This document shows positions 45,882 to 57,191 of a DNA stretch of 64,000 bases, in pieces (positions within the stretch are counted from its first letter, which is position 1; each line of letters opens with the position of its first letter). The notes under the pieces were generated by a model. It searched no databases and had not been told where the DNA came from. It saw only the letters and a list, made by a program, of their open reading frames with translations. Location: IMG/VR virus record IMGVR_UViG_3300021602_000281; one strand, written 5' to 3'. The DNA is from an uncultured virus (IMG/VR IMGVR_UViG_3300021602_000281) (taxonomy: Duplodnaviria; Heunggongvirae; Uroviricota; Caudoviricetes). The position numbers and the translations under genes were made by a program.

Positions 45882-48800
45882 TTACATTCTTCCTACTACT
45901 ACTTCAATTTGTCCTTTGTCTCCAGTAAAGTCATTTAGTGCTTTACCAATTATTTGACCAAACTGTGGTGTTGTTGTTGACTTAGCGTATCCGTTGCCTG
46001 CTGATATCATTAAATCACCTTTCTTGACTGGACCAATTACATTACATGGTACACGACCTTGCAACGCCAATGCTATAACATTAGTTCCAGTTAGCTCGCT
46101 ATTCATTAAGTGAGCTGGGTTAGACGATACAATACCTGCTACTGCTGTTGTATTTTCTGTGGCTTCTGTAACTTCTTCCTCACCACCAAACATTACCACT
46201 GTACCTGGTAGATATGTATTGTCTGCTTGGTAATTTTCTGCCAAGTCAGCGTATTTGGCTGTTGTTGATACACCGCTAAATGTTGTCGCATATACTGTTG
46301 CAAATGTTGCACCAGATCCTCCAATGTCGCCAACGCCGTTTGTACCACTATGAGTAATACTTGGTACTGTGATACCAGCAAATGTTGGACTATTACCTGT
46401 ACCAATTGCTTGACCAATGCTAATGCTACACGAATCACCAGTTGTGGCGCTTACCGAAACGCCTGTGCCAGCAGCAATACTTCTTACACCAGTATTAGTA
46501 ACAGTGACCGCGCCAGTTGCACCGGACACACTAATTCCTGATCCTGCTACAGCACTTGTTACACCACTATTAGTAATAGTAACTGCTGTTGTAGCACCTG
46601 TGGTTGTTTGTGACGATAAGCTAATACCGGTGCCAGCTGTGGTGTTAACTGTGGTAACTGTGCGTAAACTGTTATCGTATATACCTTGGGCATATACTGT
46701 GCTAGTATGTGCTGTGTTACCTGAAATATTTAATGCAGCCGCTGTTATTGTACCAGTAAAGGTTGGGCTGGCGCTTAATACGTTATTGCCGCTACCAGTT
46801 GATGTTGTAACACCAGTACCGCCCTGTGCCACCGGAATTGTTGTAAATCCAGTTGTAATACTACCACTCGACAATGCACCAACGCTTACCAATCCAGTCA
46901 TTGTGGTAATGCTGTTTTGTGTTGCTGTTGATACTGTACCAGTTAACGTAGCACCTGTGTTACCAATTGTTGCAGCTCTCACGGTTGATGCATCAATTGT
47001 TTGCACAAACTCAGTTGTTTCAATTGTTGTATTGTTAATTGTGCTTGTTGTACCATTAACTGTTAAGCAACCTGTTATAACAAAGTTACCTGCGGCAGTT
47101 GTGGTTATACCCGCAGTACCAAAGCCAGTTAATCCAGTCATTGTGGTAATGCTGTTTTGTGTTGCTGTTGATACTGTACCAGTTAGTGTAGCACCTGTGT
47201 TACCAATGGTACCAGCGTTTACTGTACTTGCAATAATTGTTCCAGAACTTGTGATTGCAGCCGCTGTTGTGGCTCCAACTAAACTTGTGGTGCTAGAATG
47301 GGTAACAACACCACTGGCTGTTATAGCACTGGCACTCAATGTTCCAGTAAACGTTGGGCTGGCACTTAATGCCATGCTACCAGTGCCAGTAACTGAGTTA
47401 CTTAATGCAACACCACCGTAAGTTAATGCCGATGATAATGTAGTTGCTCCGGCTACGTTCAATACACCACCAATGTATGCCGCACCAGATATACCAGCGC
47501 CGCCGGTAACTTGTAATGCGCCAGTTGACGTACTTGTGCTTGCAACACCGGAGTTAGCAACTAAGTTACCAAAATTAGCAGTACTCTGACCAGCCGCTGA
47601 TCCAGTTACACTAAAGCTACCACCCAATGGGTTAGTAATTGTAACTTGACCACCAGTGCCACTAATAGTTGCACCTGCTAGATAAATGGTACTACCACTT
47701 AGCCATAAATCTTTCCAACGTTGACTTGCACTACCTAGATCGTAAGTTACGTTTGCACTTGGCAATACTGAACCAGTTACTGTTGTGTTGCCACCAATAT
47801 ATGTTGCCCCCGATACTCCAAGTCCACCACCAACTATCATAGTACCAGTTGATACACTTGTACTTGAAATGCCTGCATTGGATAGCATCGCACCATTGCT
47901 AAACCACTTAGAGCGCAGTACTGGGCCTGACGAACCTGCATATACATAAGCACCGTCATTATCAACGCTGAATGACACATAGCCATTTATGCTGGTTAGT
48001 TGTGTAACAGTTGATGTGGTAGTTAATCTACGTACATCAATTAGGTCGCCACTTGCAGGTGCTTCCGTGAATGTCATTGTTGTGCCACTCACTGAGTAAG
48101 CCAATGTTGGTATCTGTAAAACACCGTTAATACTAACGATTGTACCTGCTGTTGTTGCTGTACCACCTAGGGTAAAGTCAACTTGACTGCCAGTACCATT
48201 AAAATTCTCATCGGTAATAATTGTAAATGATGTTGTAAATACTACCCATGTTGTTCCATTGTATACTTCTAAACCATTTGAGGTACTGTTATATCGCAAC
48301 ATGCCAGTTGTGTCAGTTCCGCCGATTGAGCTTGGTCTCTGGGCATTAGTACCAACCGGTAACAAGATAGAGTCTGTTGAATTTATCTGTAGTTTTGCGC
48401 CGCGAACTGCTGTTGCTGATGTTGCAGAGTTACCAATTATAACTTGGTCATATGTTGCACTTGGTTTTGCCCAAATTAATGTGCTATCGTTAACACCTTT
48501 AATTATTGTGTCTCCACCGGCTACTTGTGTACTATTTAAAGTTGTTGCTTTACCAAAGAATACGTTAGCAGAAGCGCCAATGCCGCCAACTACTACCAAT
48601 GCACCAGTTGTAGTACTTGAGCTGTCTGTGCCGCTTCCAGCAACAACGTTTCCGCCGGCAATAATTGTGCTTGACCCAGTTATTGTTGTGAATGCACCAC
48701 TAGTAGCGCCAGTTGCACCAATTGGTGATCCATTAATGCTACCACCTGTGATAACTGCGTTGGCTGTGCTAAAATTAGTTACTGCCACTGTTGTAAAGTT

Positions 48801-51800
48801 ACCAGTACCTGGTGTTACATTACCAATTGCTTGAGCTTGTAATCCACCTGCTGTTGCTGTGCTTAAAGTAGTTGCGCCAGTTACCCCTAACGTACCAGAA
48901 GCAGTAATTGTTGTAAATGCACCAGTACCCGGAGTTACGTTACCAATGGCCTGTGCTTGTAGTCCACTTAATGTTGTTGCACCTGTAACCCCAAGAGTTG
49001 AACTAAATGTACCTGTTGTGAATGCACCAGAACTTGCAGAACTTGCACCAATTGATGATCCATTTACACTACCACCAGTGATAACTGCGTTGGCTGTGCT
49101 AAAGTTTGTTGTAACTAATGTTGTAAAGTTACCAGTACCCGGAGTTACGTTACCAATGGCCTGTGCTTGTAGTCCACCTGCTGTGGCAGTACTTAATGTT
49201 GTTGCACCTGTAACCCCAAGAGTTGAACTGAATGTACCAGTTGTAAATGCACCCGATCCAGGTGTTACATTACCAATGGCTTGAGCTTGCAGTCCACCTG
49301 CTGTTGCTGTAGTCAATGTAGTTGCGCCAGTAACACCCAATGTACCACCAACATTTAATGCGTCACTAATACCAGTGCCGCCGACAACAATTAATGCGCC
49401 TGTACCGGTTGTTGTGCTTGCAATACCAGTTGTGTTGATAATGGCACCGTTGGCAGCAAAAATTGTGCTGACTGTGCCGCCTGAGTAAACATCTCTGTCT
49501 CTAATTGTTGCACCAGTTACGAAATTGATACCAGCGTTGGCATAAAGAGTGGCGCTGTTAGTGTAGGCCTGCATACCCAGGCCCGATACACCGTCACTGG
49601 ACCGTACCTGCATTACAGAATAAGGATTTGGGCCAGTGGCCGCTCCAAACACACTGGCAAATTGAGTTGTAGTCACATTACCGTATGCACCGCTGTTGAC
49701 TTCTAAACTAGTACCAATCTTTACATCGCCAGCAATACCAGCACCACCCCGAACTACCAGTGCGCCTGTTGTGGTGCTGGTGCTGGATGTGGTTGCAGCC
49801 GCTACTAAGTTGCCACTAGCAATAGTTGTGCCACTTGATGTTAATGTTGTAAATGCACCAGTGCCTGGTGTTACATTACCAATTGCCTGTGCCTGTAATG
49901 CGCCAGCTGTTGCTGTTGAAAGAGTTGTTGCACCAGTTACACCAAGGGTACTGGAAGCGGTAATTGTTGTAAACGCACCAGAACTTGCAGAACTTGCACC
50001 AATTGATGATCCATTTACACTACCACCAGTGATAACTGCGTTGGCTGTGCTAAAATTAGTTACTGCCACAGTTGTAAAATTACCAGTACCCGGTGTTACA
50101 TTACCAATGGCCTGTGCCTGCAGGCCGCCTGCTGTGGCAGTTGGTAAAGTTGATGCTCCACCAACATTTAATGCGCCACTAATACCAGTGCCGCCTGTTA
50201 CTACAAGAGCACCAGTTGTTGTGTTTGTACTTGCTGTTCCACTTGCAGCAACTAAATTACCAGAAGCAATAGTTGTTCCACTTGATGTCAATGTTGTGAA
50301 TGCACCAGTGCTTGGTGTAGCGTTACCAATTGGTGTATTGTTAATACTTGCAAAACTTGCGGTGCCAGCTGATAGTAATCCAGCAACATATAATGCACCA
50401 GCAACACCAGCACCACCAGCAACATACAATGCACCGGCTGTTCCAGACGTTGTTCCCGATGCGGCTGTTGTATTGGCTAACCATAACGCACCGGTTTTAA
50501 TTGTTCCATATGCTGTGCCGACAAACACGTTGGCCGAGTCATTACCCTTGGCATACCATTCTAAGAATCCTGTGTCATTTGCACGGCCAACAAAAGCGTG
50601 GCTATCAGCTGTGTCGTAATAGTGGAATTTAATACCAATATCAGCTAAATCGTTACTGGTCAATTGTGCTAAGTCTGCCGGAGAATGTAAGTTAATAATT
50701 GGGTCTGTTACGCTTAAACTGGTTGATCCAATGCTTACACTTTGTCCAGATACTGCTAAGTTACCATAAATTGTTACGTTGGCGCCAAAGAATGAATCTT
50801 TTGCAACTCCAATACCACCCGATACTACCAATGCGCCTGTGCCGGCTGTGGTAGCGGCTGTTGCATTAGTTAAAGTAGTTGCGCCACTTGCTGTTAATGT
50901 GGTAAATGCACCAGTGCTTGTAGAACTTGCACCAATCGGTGATCCATTAACACTACCGCCTGTGATAACTGCATTACCTGAGCTAAAGTTTGTTGCAACC
51001 AATGTTGTAAAATTACCAGTGCCCGGTGTCACATTACCAATGGCCTGTGCTTGTAATGCGCCAGCTGTTGCTGTACTTAAAGTTGTTGCACCAGTTACAC
51101 CAAGTGTTGAACTAAATGTACCTGTAGTAAATGCGGCTGTACCAGGAGCTACGTTACCAATTGCTTGGGCTTGTAATGCGCCAGCTGTTGCTGTACTTAA
51201 AGTTGTTGCGCCAGTTACCCCCAATGTACTACTTGCTGTGATTGTTGTAAATGCACCAGAGTTTGCAGAACTTGCACCAATTGGTGATCCATTAACACTA
51301 CCACCAGTGATAACTGCGTTGGCTGTACTAAAATTAGTTACTGCCACAGTTGTAAAATTACCAGTGCCCGGTGTTACGTTACCAATAGCTTGGGCTTGTA
51401 GTCCACCTGCGGTAGCTGTTGAAAGAGTTGTTGCTCCAGTTACACCAAGTGTTGAACTGAATGTACCTGTAGTAAATGCGGCTGAGCCAGGCGTTACGTT
51501 ACCAATTGCTTGGGCTTGTAGTCCACCTGCTGTAGCAGTTGAAAGAGTTGTTGCTCCAGTTACACCTAATGTACCGGAAGCAGTAATAGTTGTAAACGCA
51601 CCAGATCCAGGTGTTACGTTACCAATAGCTTGGGCTTGCAGGCCGCCAGCTGTGGCTGTAGTCAATGTAGTTGCGCCAGTTACCCCCAATGTACTGGAAG
51701 CAGTAATAGTTGTAAATGCACCAGAACTTGCAGAACTTGCACCAATTGGTGATCCATTTACGCTACCACCTGTGATAACTGCATTGGCTGTGCTAAAGTT

Positions 51801-52991
51801 TGTTACTGCCACTGTTGTAAAATTACCGGCGCCCGGTGTTACATTACCAATTGCTTGGGCTTGTAATGCGCCAGCTGTTGCTGTAGTAAATGCGGCTGTA
51901 CCAGGTGTTACATTACCAATTGCTTGTGCCTGTAGGCCACCTGCTGTTGCTGTACTTAATGTTGTTGCACCAGTAACATCAACTGTTGAACTAAATGTAC
52001 CAGTCGTAAATGCGGCTGTACCTGGTGTTACATTACCAATGGCTTGTGCTTGTAATGCGCCGGCTGTTGCTGTACTTAAAGTTGTTGCGCCAATTACCCC
52101 TAACGTACCAGAAGCAGTAATTGTTGTAAACGCTGCCGATCCAGGTGTTACATTACCAATTGCTTGGGCTTGTAATGCGCCAGCTGTTGCTGTACTTAAA
52201 GTTGTTGCGCCAGTTATACTCAACGTTGAGCTATATGTGCCGCTTGTAAATGCGCCAGTACCAGGAGCTACGTTACCAATTGCTTGGGCTTGTAAGCCGC
52301 CTGCTGTTGCTGTGCTTAAAGTAGTTGCACCGGTTACAGCCAATGTACCACTTGCAGTAATCGTTGTAAATGCTGCCGATCCAGGAGCTACGTTACCAAT
52401 TGCTTGTGCCTGTAATCCACCTGCTGTTGCTGTGCTTAAAGTAGTTGCGCCAGTAACACCCAGTGTCGACGATAAAGTAGTTGCGCCAGTAACACCCAAT
52501 GTTGACGCCAACGTTGTTGCACCACTTACATAAGAAGTACCATTTATCGTAGAAGATACTCCAGTAATATTGCCAACTTTTACGTTGGCCCATCCAGAAT
52601 TAGTAATTGCACCGGCACTAGTACCAGTCTCAGTGGTCAGTATGCCTTCAAATGCTGAGTCTGCTTCTTTCCATACCCACGCGGCATTTACTGCACCGTA
52701 CGGTGCCAACGAACTTAAATTTCTGTTTACTAAAATACCAATATCGTAACTAGGAGAGCCAGTGTATCCATTATTAAAAACAACAATAGGATCATTAATA
52801 TATGTGTTAATGGAATTTAATTGCGTGTAGCTATTCGATACTGTTAAATTTCCAAGAATAGTAATGTTACTATTAAATGTTACCGCTGTTGCAAGTAAGT
52901 TACCTGTAATAGACCCGGCCGCCAGTTTAGCCCCGGCTTGAATGGTACTATCAGTTATTTGGTTATTCTGTATTCTTGTTAAATTGGCCAT
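45882..52991 (-). CDS. Giant repetitive fibre protein, 2369 aa
   Basis: About 17 LQAQAIGNV(T/A)PG repeats, shared modules, YADLAENY C-terminus; AGGAG SD. Confidence 0.85.
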   Translation of the reverse strand: MANLTRIQNNQITDSTIQAGAKLAAGSITGNLLATAVTFNSNITILGNLTVSNSYTQLNSINTYINDPIVVFNNGYTGSPSYDIGILVNRNLSSLAPYGAVNAAWVWKEADSAFEGILTTETGTSAGAITNSGWANVKVGNITGVSSTINGTSYVSGATTLASTLGVTGATTLSSTLGVTGATTLSTATAGGLQAQAIGNVAPGSAAFTTITASGTLAVTGATTLSTATAGGLQAQAIGNVAPGTGAFTSGTYSSTLSITGATTLSTATAGALQAQAIGNVTPGSAAFTTITASGTLGVIGATTLSTATAGALQAQAIGNVTPGTAAFTTGTFSSTVDVTGATTLSTATAGGLQAQAIGNVTPGTAAFTTATAGALQAQAIGNVTPGAGNFTTVAVTNFSTANAVITGGSVNGSPIGASSASSGAFTTITASSTLGVTGATTLTTATAGGLQAQAIGNVTPGSGAFTTITASGTLGVTGATTLSTATAGGLQAQAIGNVTPGSAAFTTGTFSSTLGVTGATTLSTATAGGLQAQAIGNVTPGTGNFTTVAVTNFSTANAVITGGSVNGSPIGASSANSGAFTTITASSTLGVTGATTLSTATAGALQAQAIGNVAPGTAAFTTGTFSSTLGVTGATTLSTATAGALQAQAIGNVTPGTGNFTTLVATNFSSGNAVITGGSVNGSPIGASSTSTGAFTTLTASGATTLTNATAATTAGTGALVVSGGIGVAKDSFFGANVTIYGNLAVSGQSVSIGSTSLSVTDPIINLHSPADLAQLTSNDLADIGIKFHYYDTADSHAFVGRANDTGFLEWYAKGNDSANVFVGTAYGTIKTGALWLANTTAASGTTSGTAGALYVAGGAGVAGALYVAGLLSAGTASFASINNTPIGNATPSTGAFTTLTSSGTTIASGNLVAASGTASTNTTTGALVVTGGTGISGALNVGGASTLPTATAGGLQAQAIGNVTPGTGNFTTVAVTNFSTANAVITGGSVNGSSIGASSASSGAFTTITASSTLGVTGATTLSTATAGALQAQAIGNVTPGTGAFTTLTSSGTTIASGNLVAAATTSSTSTTTGALVVRGGAGIAGDVKIGTSLEVNSGAYGNVTTTQFASVFGAATGPNPYSVMQVRSSDGVSGLGMQAYTNSATLYANAGINFVTGATIRDRDVYSGGTVSTIFAANGAIINTTGIASTTTGTGALIVVGGTGISDALNVGGTLGVTGATTLTTATAGGLQAQAIGNVTPGSGAFTTGTFSSTLGVTGATTLSTATAGGLQAQAIGNVTPGTGNFTTLVTTNFSTANAVITGGSVNGSSIGASSASSGAFTTGTFSSTLGVTGATTLSGLQAQAIGNVTPGTGAFTTITASGTLGVTGATTLSTATAGGLQAQAIGNVTPGTGNFTTVAVTNFSTANAVITGGSINGSPIGATGATSGAFTTITGSSTIIAGGNVVAGSGTDSSSTTTGALVVVGGIGASANVFFGKATTLNSTQVAGGDTIIKGVNDSTLIWAKPSATYDQVIIGNSATSATAVRGAKLQINSTDSILLPVGTNAQRPSSIGGTDTTGMLRYNSTSNGLEVYNGTTWVVFTTSFTIITDENFNGTGSQVDFTLGGTATTAGTIVSINGVLQIPTLAYSVSGTTMTFTEAPASGDLIDVRRLTTTSTVTQLTSINGYVSFSVDNDGAYVYAGSSGPVLRSKWFSNGAMLSNAGISSTSVSTGTMIVGGGLGVSGATYIGGNTTVTGSVLPSANVTYDLGSASQRWKDLWLSGSTIYLAGATISGTGGQVTITNPLGGSFSVTGSAAGQSTANFGNLVANSGVASTSTSTGALQVTGGAGISGAAYIGGVLNVAGATTLSSALTYGGVALSNSVTGTGSMALSASPTFTGTLSASAITASGVVTHSSTTSLVGATTAAAITSSGTIIASTVNAGTIGNTGATLTGTVSTATQNSITTMTGLTGFGTAGITTTAAGNFVITGCLTVNGTTSTINNTTIETTEFVQTIDASTVRAATIGNTGATLTGTVSTATQNSITTMTGLVSVGALSSGSITTGFTTIPVAQGGTGVTTSTGSGNNVLSASPTFTGTITAAALNISGNTAHTSTVYAQGIYDNSLRTVTTVNTTAGTGISLSSQTTTGATTAVTITNSGVTSAVAGSGISVSGATGAVTVTNTGVRSIAAGTGVSVSATTGDSCSISIGQAIGTGNSPTFAGITVPSITHSGTNGVGDIGGSGATFATVYATTFSGVSTTAKYADLAENYQADNTYLPGTVVMFGGEEEVTEATENTTAVAGIVSSNPAHLMNSELTGTNVIALALQGRVPCNVIGPVKKGDLMISAGNGYAKSTTTPQFGQIIGKALNDFTGDKGQIEVVVGRM
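48690..52520. repeat. Imperfect coding tandem repeats within the giant fibre gene
   Basis: Recurrent GTTAC(A/G)TTACCAAT(T/G/A)GC(T/C)TG units. Confidence 0.85.
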
Positions 52992-53162
52992 TACAGTAAA
53001 GCTCCTATTTTTATGTTATATCGTATTTACCATAGTCGTAAGGAAACATTCCAACCTGCATATTATTTTAAAAAGTCGGAATGGGATTATAAAGCTAGAT
53101 GATCGTTAAGTAACACTATTACTTAAGAATGGGATAGAAGTATATAACTATTTATAAAAACT

Positions 53163-54968
53163 CTAGAATCCGCCTGTCAGCGCACTACGTTTCCATGTAT
53201 TTGATGCTGTGCATACATAAATGTAATTGGCGTCCCAACATATTTGCCCGGCTACCCCGGGAGAGGTTGCTGTTTTTGTAATTGGCGTAGATGAATATAA
53301 TCCTGTTACTGTAATATTTCCTGTTATAGACACATCAGTATTAAAAATATTATCACCTGCTTGGGATACTGCTAGATATCGTATATCAATTTGATCCGTT
53401 ACAGTTGGTGCTTCTGTAAATGTCAACGTTGTACCTGATACCGAATATGCATACGTTGGTTGTTGTACTGTACCGTTAATACTAACTAAAATACCATTTG
53501 CTGTAGTAACGTTGCGTAGAGTATAGATGCTTGTTCCGTTACCAAAAAAGTTTTCACCATCAATATTAGTGACTACACTGACCCAGCCAGATCCATTATA
53601 AAACTCCACAGCATTATATTGATCGTTATATCGAATATATCCTGCTAATGGGCTACTTGGTCTAGCAATGTTAGCACCGGTTGGTAATCCAATTGCTGTT
53701 GATGAATTGAATGTTGTAACTGTTGTTTGGTACGGGCTAATTATGTCGGCTTTAATATTTCCGTTGGTAGTATATGTTGCAATAATATTGCCGGCTGTAA
53801 TATTGCCAGTGGTTGTAATTGTATTACTTCCAAAATTTGATAGCAATAACGTCACATTGGCATTACTATAATTGCTGAATAGTACCGGTACACCATTCCC
53901 CCAAAAGAAACCATTGGTTAGTAAGTTACTCATACTTACATTGCCGGACGCACTAATTATTCCTGTTGAGATATTTCCCACAAACAAATTACCAACAATG
54001 CCGGCTCCACCGGATACACGTAATGCACCAGTTGATGTGCTTGTGCTTGCGGTTGTGTTTGCCAACAACATCTCGCCGGATTTAATTGTACCGTATGCGG
54101 TTCCAACAAACACATTTCCTGTATCGTTACCACGCGAGTACCATTCTAAAAACCCCGTGTCGTTTGCTCTACCAAGGAATGCTGCAGAATCAATTGTATC
54201 ATAATAGTGTAATTTAAGACCAATGTCATAATTATCATTTGATATTAGTGCAGTTAAATCGCTTGGGGAGTGTACATTAATAATTGGGTCAACAACAGAT
54301 AGGCTAGTAGATCCAATGCTTACGCTATTACCAGAGATTGTTAAATTACCATTAATGAATACATTGCCACTGCTACTGCTAATACTATTTCCGGAAATGC
54401 TTAAATTACCAATGGTTAATCCATTTGGAAATGTTGCCAGTCCCTTGGACCCAACATACCTTGCGCCCGACACATATACTGCAACACCAATTGTGCTTGG
54501 TACGTTTGTGTCTGCAAAGTTTAATACTCCGGATTGATAGTCAAAATACCACGAATCGTTATTGCCTGATCCATCAACTGGTAGAGCAGTTAGCGATTGT
54601 GGTGTTGCACTACCGCTTACCCCGGTATATACTTTAACAGCATACCCAGCACCAAATTCAGGTCCAACCCAGTCTGTTAAATTGGTTTTCCAGGTACGAT
54701 TAGTTGCTGATGTTCCATCGTTTGTGGCTTGTACTGTACTAGATAATGTATCTCGATAAACCGATATCACACTAGTGTTTGCTGTTGGTAATGTACTTAC
54801 TGTAGAAATTAAACTACTTTGTTGCCATACCGTGTCGCCACGAATTAGTAATGGACTTGCAATAGATTCATTGGCAGGACTTTTATTCGTTAAAGTATCG
54901 GTCTTGGATATACCATAACCAATTTTCTTTAATAGATAGTCTACTTTTTGTCCGTCGGTTATAGCCAT
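53163..54968 (-). CDS. Fibre/structural protein
   Basis: WYFDYQSGVL domain, DPIIN.H..HYYD module, VSING..Q.P module. Confidence 0.75.
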   Translation of the reverse strand: MAITDGQKVDYLLKKIGYGISKTDTLTNKSPANESIASPLLIRGDTVWQQSSLISTVSTLPTANTSVISVYRDTLSSTVQATNDGTSATNRTWKTNLTDWVGPEFGAGYAVKVYTGVSGSATPQSLTALPVDGSGNNDSWYFDYQSGVLNFADTNVPSTIGVAVYVSGARYVGSKGLATFPNGLTIGNLSISGNSISSSSGNVFINGNLTISGNSVSIGSTSLSVVDPIINVHSPSDLTALISNDNYDIGLKLHYYDTIDSAAFLGRANDTGFLEWYSRGNDTGNVFVGTAYGTIKSGEMLLANTTASTSTSTGALRVSGGAGIVGNLFVGNISTGIISASGNVSMSNLLTNGFFWGNGVPVLFSNYSNANVTLLLSNFGSNTITTTGNITAGNIIATYTTNGNIKADIISPYQTTVTTFNSSTAIGLPTGANIARPSSPLAGYIRYNDQYNAVEFYNGSGWVSVVTNIDGENFFGNGTSIYTLRNVTTANGILVSINGTVQQPTYAYSVSGTTLTFTEAPTVTDQIDIRYLAVSQAGDNIFNTDVSITGNITVTGLYSSTPITKTATSPGVAGQICWDANYIYVCTASNTWKRSALTGGF

Positions 54969-54969
54969 C

Positions 54970-57180
54970 TTAGTGAGTTGCCGTTTCTATTGTCAATGCT
55001 GTTAAACTTTGTCCGCTTGTTAATGCCACACGTACATAAATTTCATTGCTTGTTGCATTTGTTGAACTTAACGATCCAAATGTTGCTGTTACGCTCTTAA
55101 GAGATTGTGCTGAATTTAATATTGCGTTACCACCAACAGCACACCCAGCACTACCGTTTGCCAAACTTCCTGTTCCAGGAATACCTGCACCACCATATGC
55201 TGTACTTACATCTAGCCACCCATTGGTGCTTGATGCATAATTTGAACTTTCTGTTAGGCCTGGCATTGCTACCCATAGGCCGGCTATTGTTCCAGTATAC
55301 TTAATATCAAATTTACTAACAGCGGTACGTACAAATTTCATTGTAAAATATTGTGTTGCGGCCTGTGTGGATAAATTTGGTCCAACTGGATAATAACCTG
55401 TAGAATAATTTGTTTGGCTCCATGTCAACACACCTTGGGCGCCACTACCAACAACAATTGCATCCGATGATGTTAATGCAGACGTTTGGCTATTAAAGGT
55501 TGCTTCACTTCCGGTGTATGCTGGGTTATTAGTACTGCCTGGATTTGCTACACGATAGCCGTTGCCAGAACCGGTACCAACAGAATTAACTGATATGCTA
55601 GTTTCTTCAATGTTTGTTGTTGTTCCAACTTTATATAATACAGTAACACCCAACGCTGTTGTAAATGATTGTGCTGTTGAACTATATCCGTTGAATGCTG
55701 TTAAACTTGGTCCGGTTGCGCTTGAACCAAACGAAGTTGATGATGTTGATGCCGCAGCAGTTTCTAAATATGCACTACCCGAACTTCGATATAGATCTTT
55801 CACCAAAGGTGTAGTTGGTGCTGGTGTTAGTCCACTATACGCCACCGAAGTTGGTGCTTGCCATGCTCCACCTGCAGAGCCAGTGACAAAAGTATCACTG
55901 GTATAATACATGTCGCCACTTAAATTAGAAACGTTTCCTTTTAATCGTAATACAGAACCTGTAGTGATGTGCGGTATAGTACTAGAATAAATTACTGCAT
56001 TTGTTGTTAGTACTGCGTTTGTGCCGGCTGTTGTGACGTTGGCCCAAGTTGGTCCGGTCACTGTTGTGTTGTCATAATAAAATAATACAGGATTAGTATT
56101 AGCACCATTGTAGGTGTCATTGAGTAATACTGTATTCCACCCCGGTAATGCTGTACCAGTAGCGTAAGAAGTAAATATTCTCCAGAAATTAGCAGTGACC
56201 GCGCTGTTAACGCTGTTGTAGTCTAGGTTTCGACCAATGCGTAAGTTACCTGCAGAAACGTTCCCGCCGGACACCAGTGTATTTGCACCTGCAGCTTGAC
56301 CGTTCCAATAAACTGTTACAGTTCCCGAATCGCCTAAGCCAACATCAGCAATGTTACTTGTGGTATATGTACTTGTTCTAATAGCCGACACCGTCGCACC
56401 AGCTGTTGCTTGATATGTGTTGCCAAGTGCATTATCTGTTTGTACAAAGTTACAAATTCTAGCTGAGGTAGTAGCAGTTAACAATGTTAATGCTGTTGTT
56501 CCCGGAAAAGCCGGAGGACTAGGAGGTACCAATTTACCTAGTATATAATTTAATTGTGCTAAACCATCTGTCACAGTTGTACTCGTTGTTAAGGTCACTG
56601 CATTACTTATAAGATATCCAGAGGCATTGGCACCTAATGTAATGGTGTTTCCTTTTAGTGCAGATAAATTAGCATTTGTACTTACAATGGCTGCATTTGT
56701 TATAACTGCAATGTTACTAAATGTATCATCTAATGTTGCAATTGCTTCAGCAACATTCATGCCGGTTGTTAATGCGTTGGTCCCAAACGGATTAGATGCA
56801 AGGGCCGTTGATCCTAAGATAAGATTATTGGCAGTAAAGCCTTCAAGGCTGGCAATAACACTTAGATTGCCCCATGCCAAATTACCACTGCCATCAGTAT
56901 ACGGAATATCAACAGGATTGCCGCCGGTTATTCTGAGATTAGAGATTAAACCAAAATTAACTTGATTATTATTACTTGATATTGTACTACCGGTAATTAT
57001 AATATTGGCAAGACGTACATTGCCCGGAGAATCAAACGAGTATGCAGGGCTGGCATTATTAATACCAACCCGACGATTTGTTACGTCCGCATATATTAAA
57101 TTTCCGTCAATGGCAAGATCTGTTCCCTGGCGTTCCAGGTTACTAAACAGCATCGGTCCTGTAATACGTCCTATTGCCAT
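54970..57180 (-). CDS. Structural beta-rich protein
   Basis: MAIGRITG N-terminus, NRRVGIN, T/S/G-rich. Confidence 0.72.
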   Translation of the reverse strand: MAIGRITGPMLFSNLERQGTDLAIDGNLIYADVTNRRVGINNASPAYSFDSPGNVRLANIIITGSTISSNNNQVNFGLISNLRITGGNPVDIPYTDGSGNLAWGNLSVIASLEGFTANNLILGSTALASNPFGTNALTTGMNVAEAIATLDDTFSNIAVITNAAIVSTNANLSALKGNTITLGANASGYLISNAVTLTTSTTVTDGLAQLNYILGKLVPPSPPAFPGTTALTLLTATTSARICNFVQTDNALGNTYQATAGATVSAIRTSTYTTSNIADVGLGDSGTVTVYWNGQAAGANTLVSGGNVSAGNLRIGRNLDYNSVNSAVTANFWRIFTSYATGTALPGWNTVLLNDTYNGANTNPVLFYYDNTTVTGPTWANVTTAGTNAVLTTNAVIYSSTIPHITTGSVLRLKGNVSNLSGDMYYTSDTFVTGSAGGAWQAPTSVAYSGLTPAPTTPLVKDLYRSSGSAYLETAAASTSSTSFGSSATGPSLTAFNGYSSTAQSFTTALGVTVLYKVGTTTNIEETSISVNSVGTGSGNGYRVANPGSTNNPAYTGSEATFNSQTSALTSSDAIVVGSGAQGVLTWSQTNYSTGYYPVGPNLSTQAATQYFTMKFVRTAVSKFDIKYTGTIAGLWVAMPGLTESSNYASSTNGWLDVSTAYGGAGIPGTGSLANGSAGCAVGGNAILNSAQSLKSVTATFGSLSSTNATSNEIYVRVALTSGQSLTALTIETATH

Positions 57181-57191
57181 ATTAGTAAGTC

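Noticed and set aside
44363..46260. Diversity-generating retroelement suggested by similar fibre C-termini
   Set aside because: No reverse transcriptase in the window; both copies are coding, and differences are not confined to adenines.
48690..52520. CRISPR array suggested by recurrent ~20-nt units
   Set aside because: Repeats are in-frame and degenerate at wobble positions, and the intervening segments are themselves repeated. No cas genes.
38515..56965. Long plus-strand ORFs (e.g. 41555..42556, 49696..50619, 50779..52533)
   Set aside because: They are antisense shadows of Thr/Gly/Ala-rich fibre genes (Val/Pro/Ala-rich mirror translation) with no SD or promoter.
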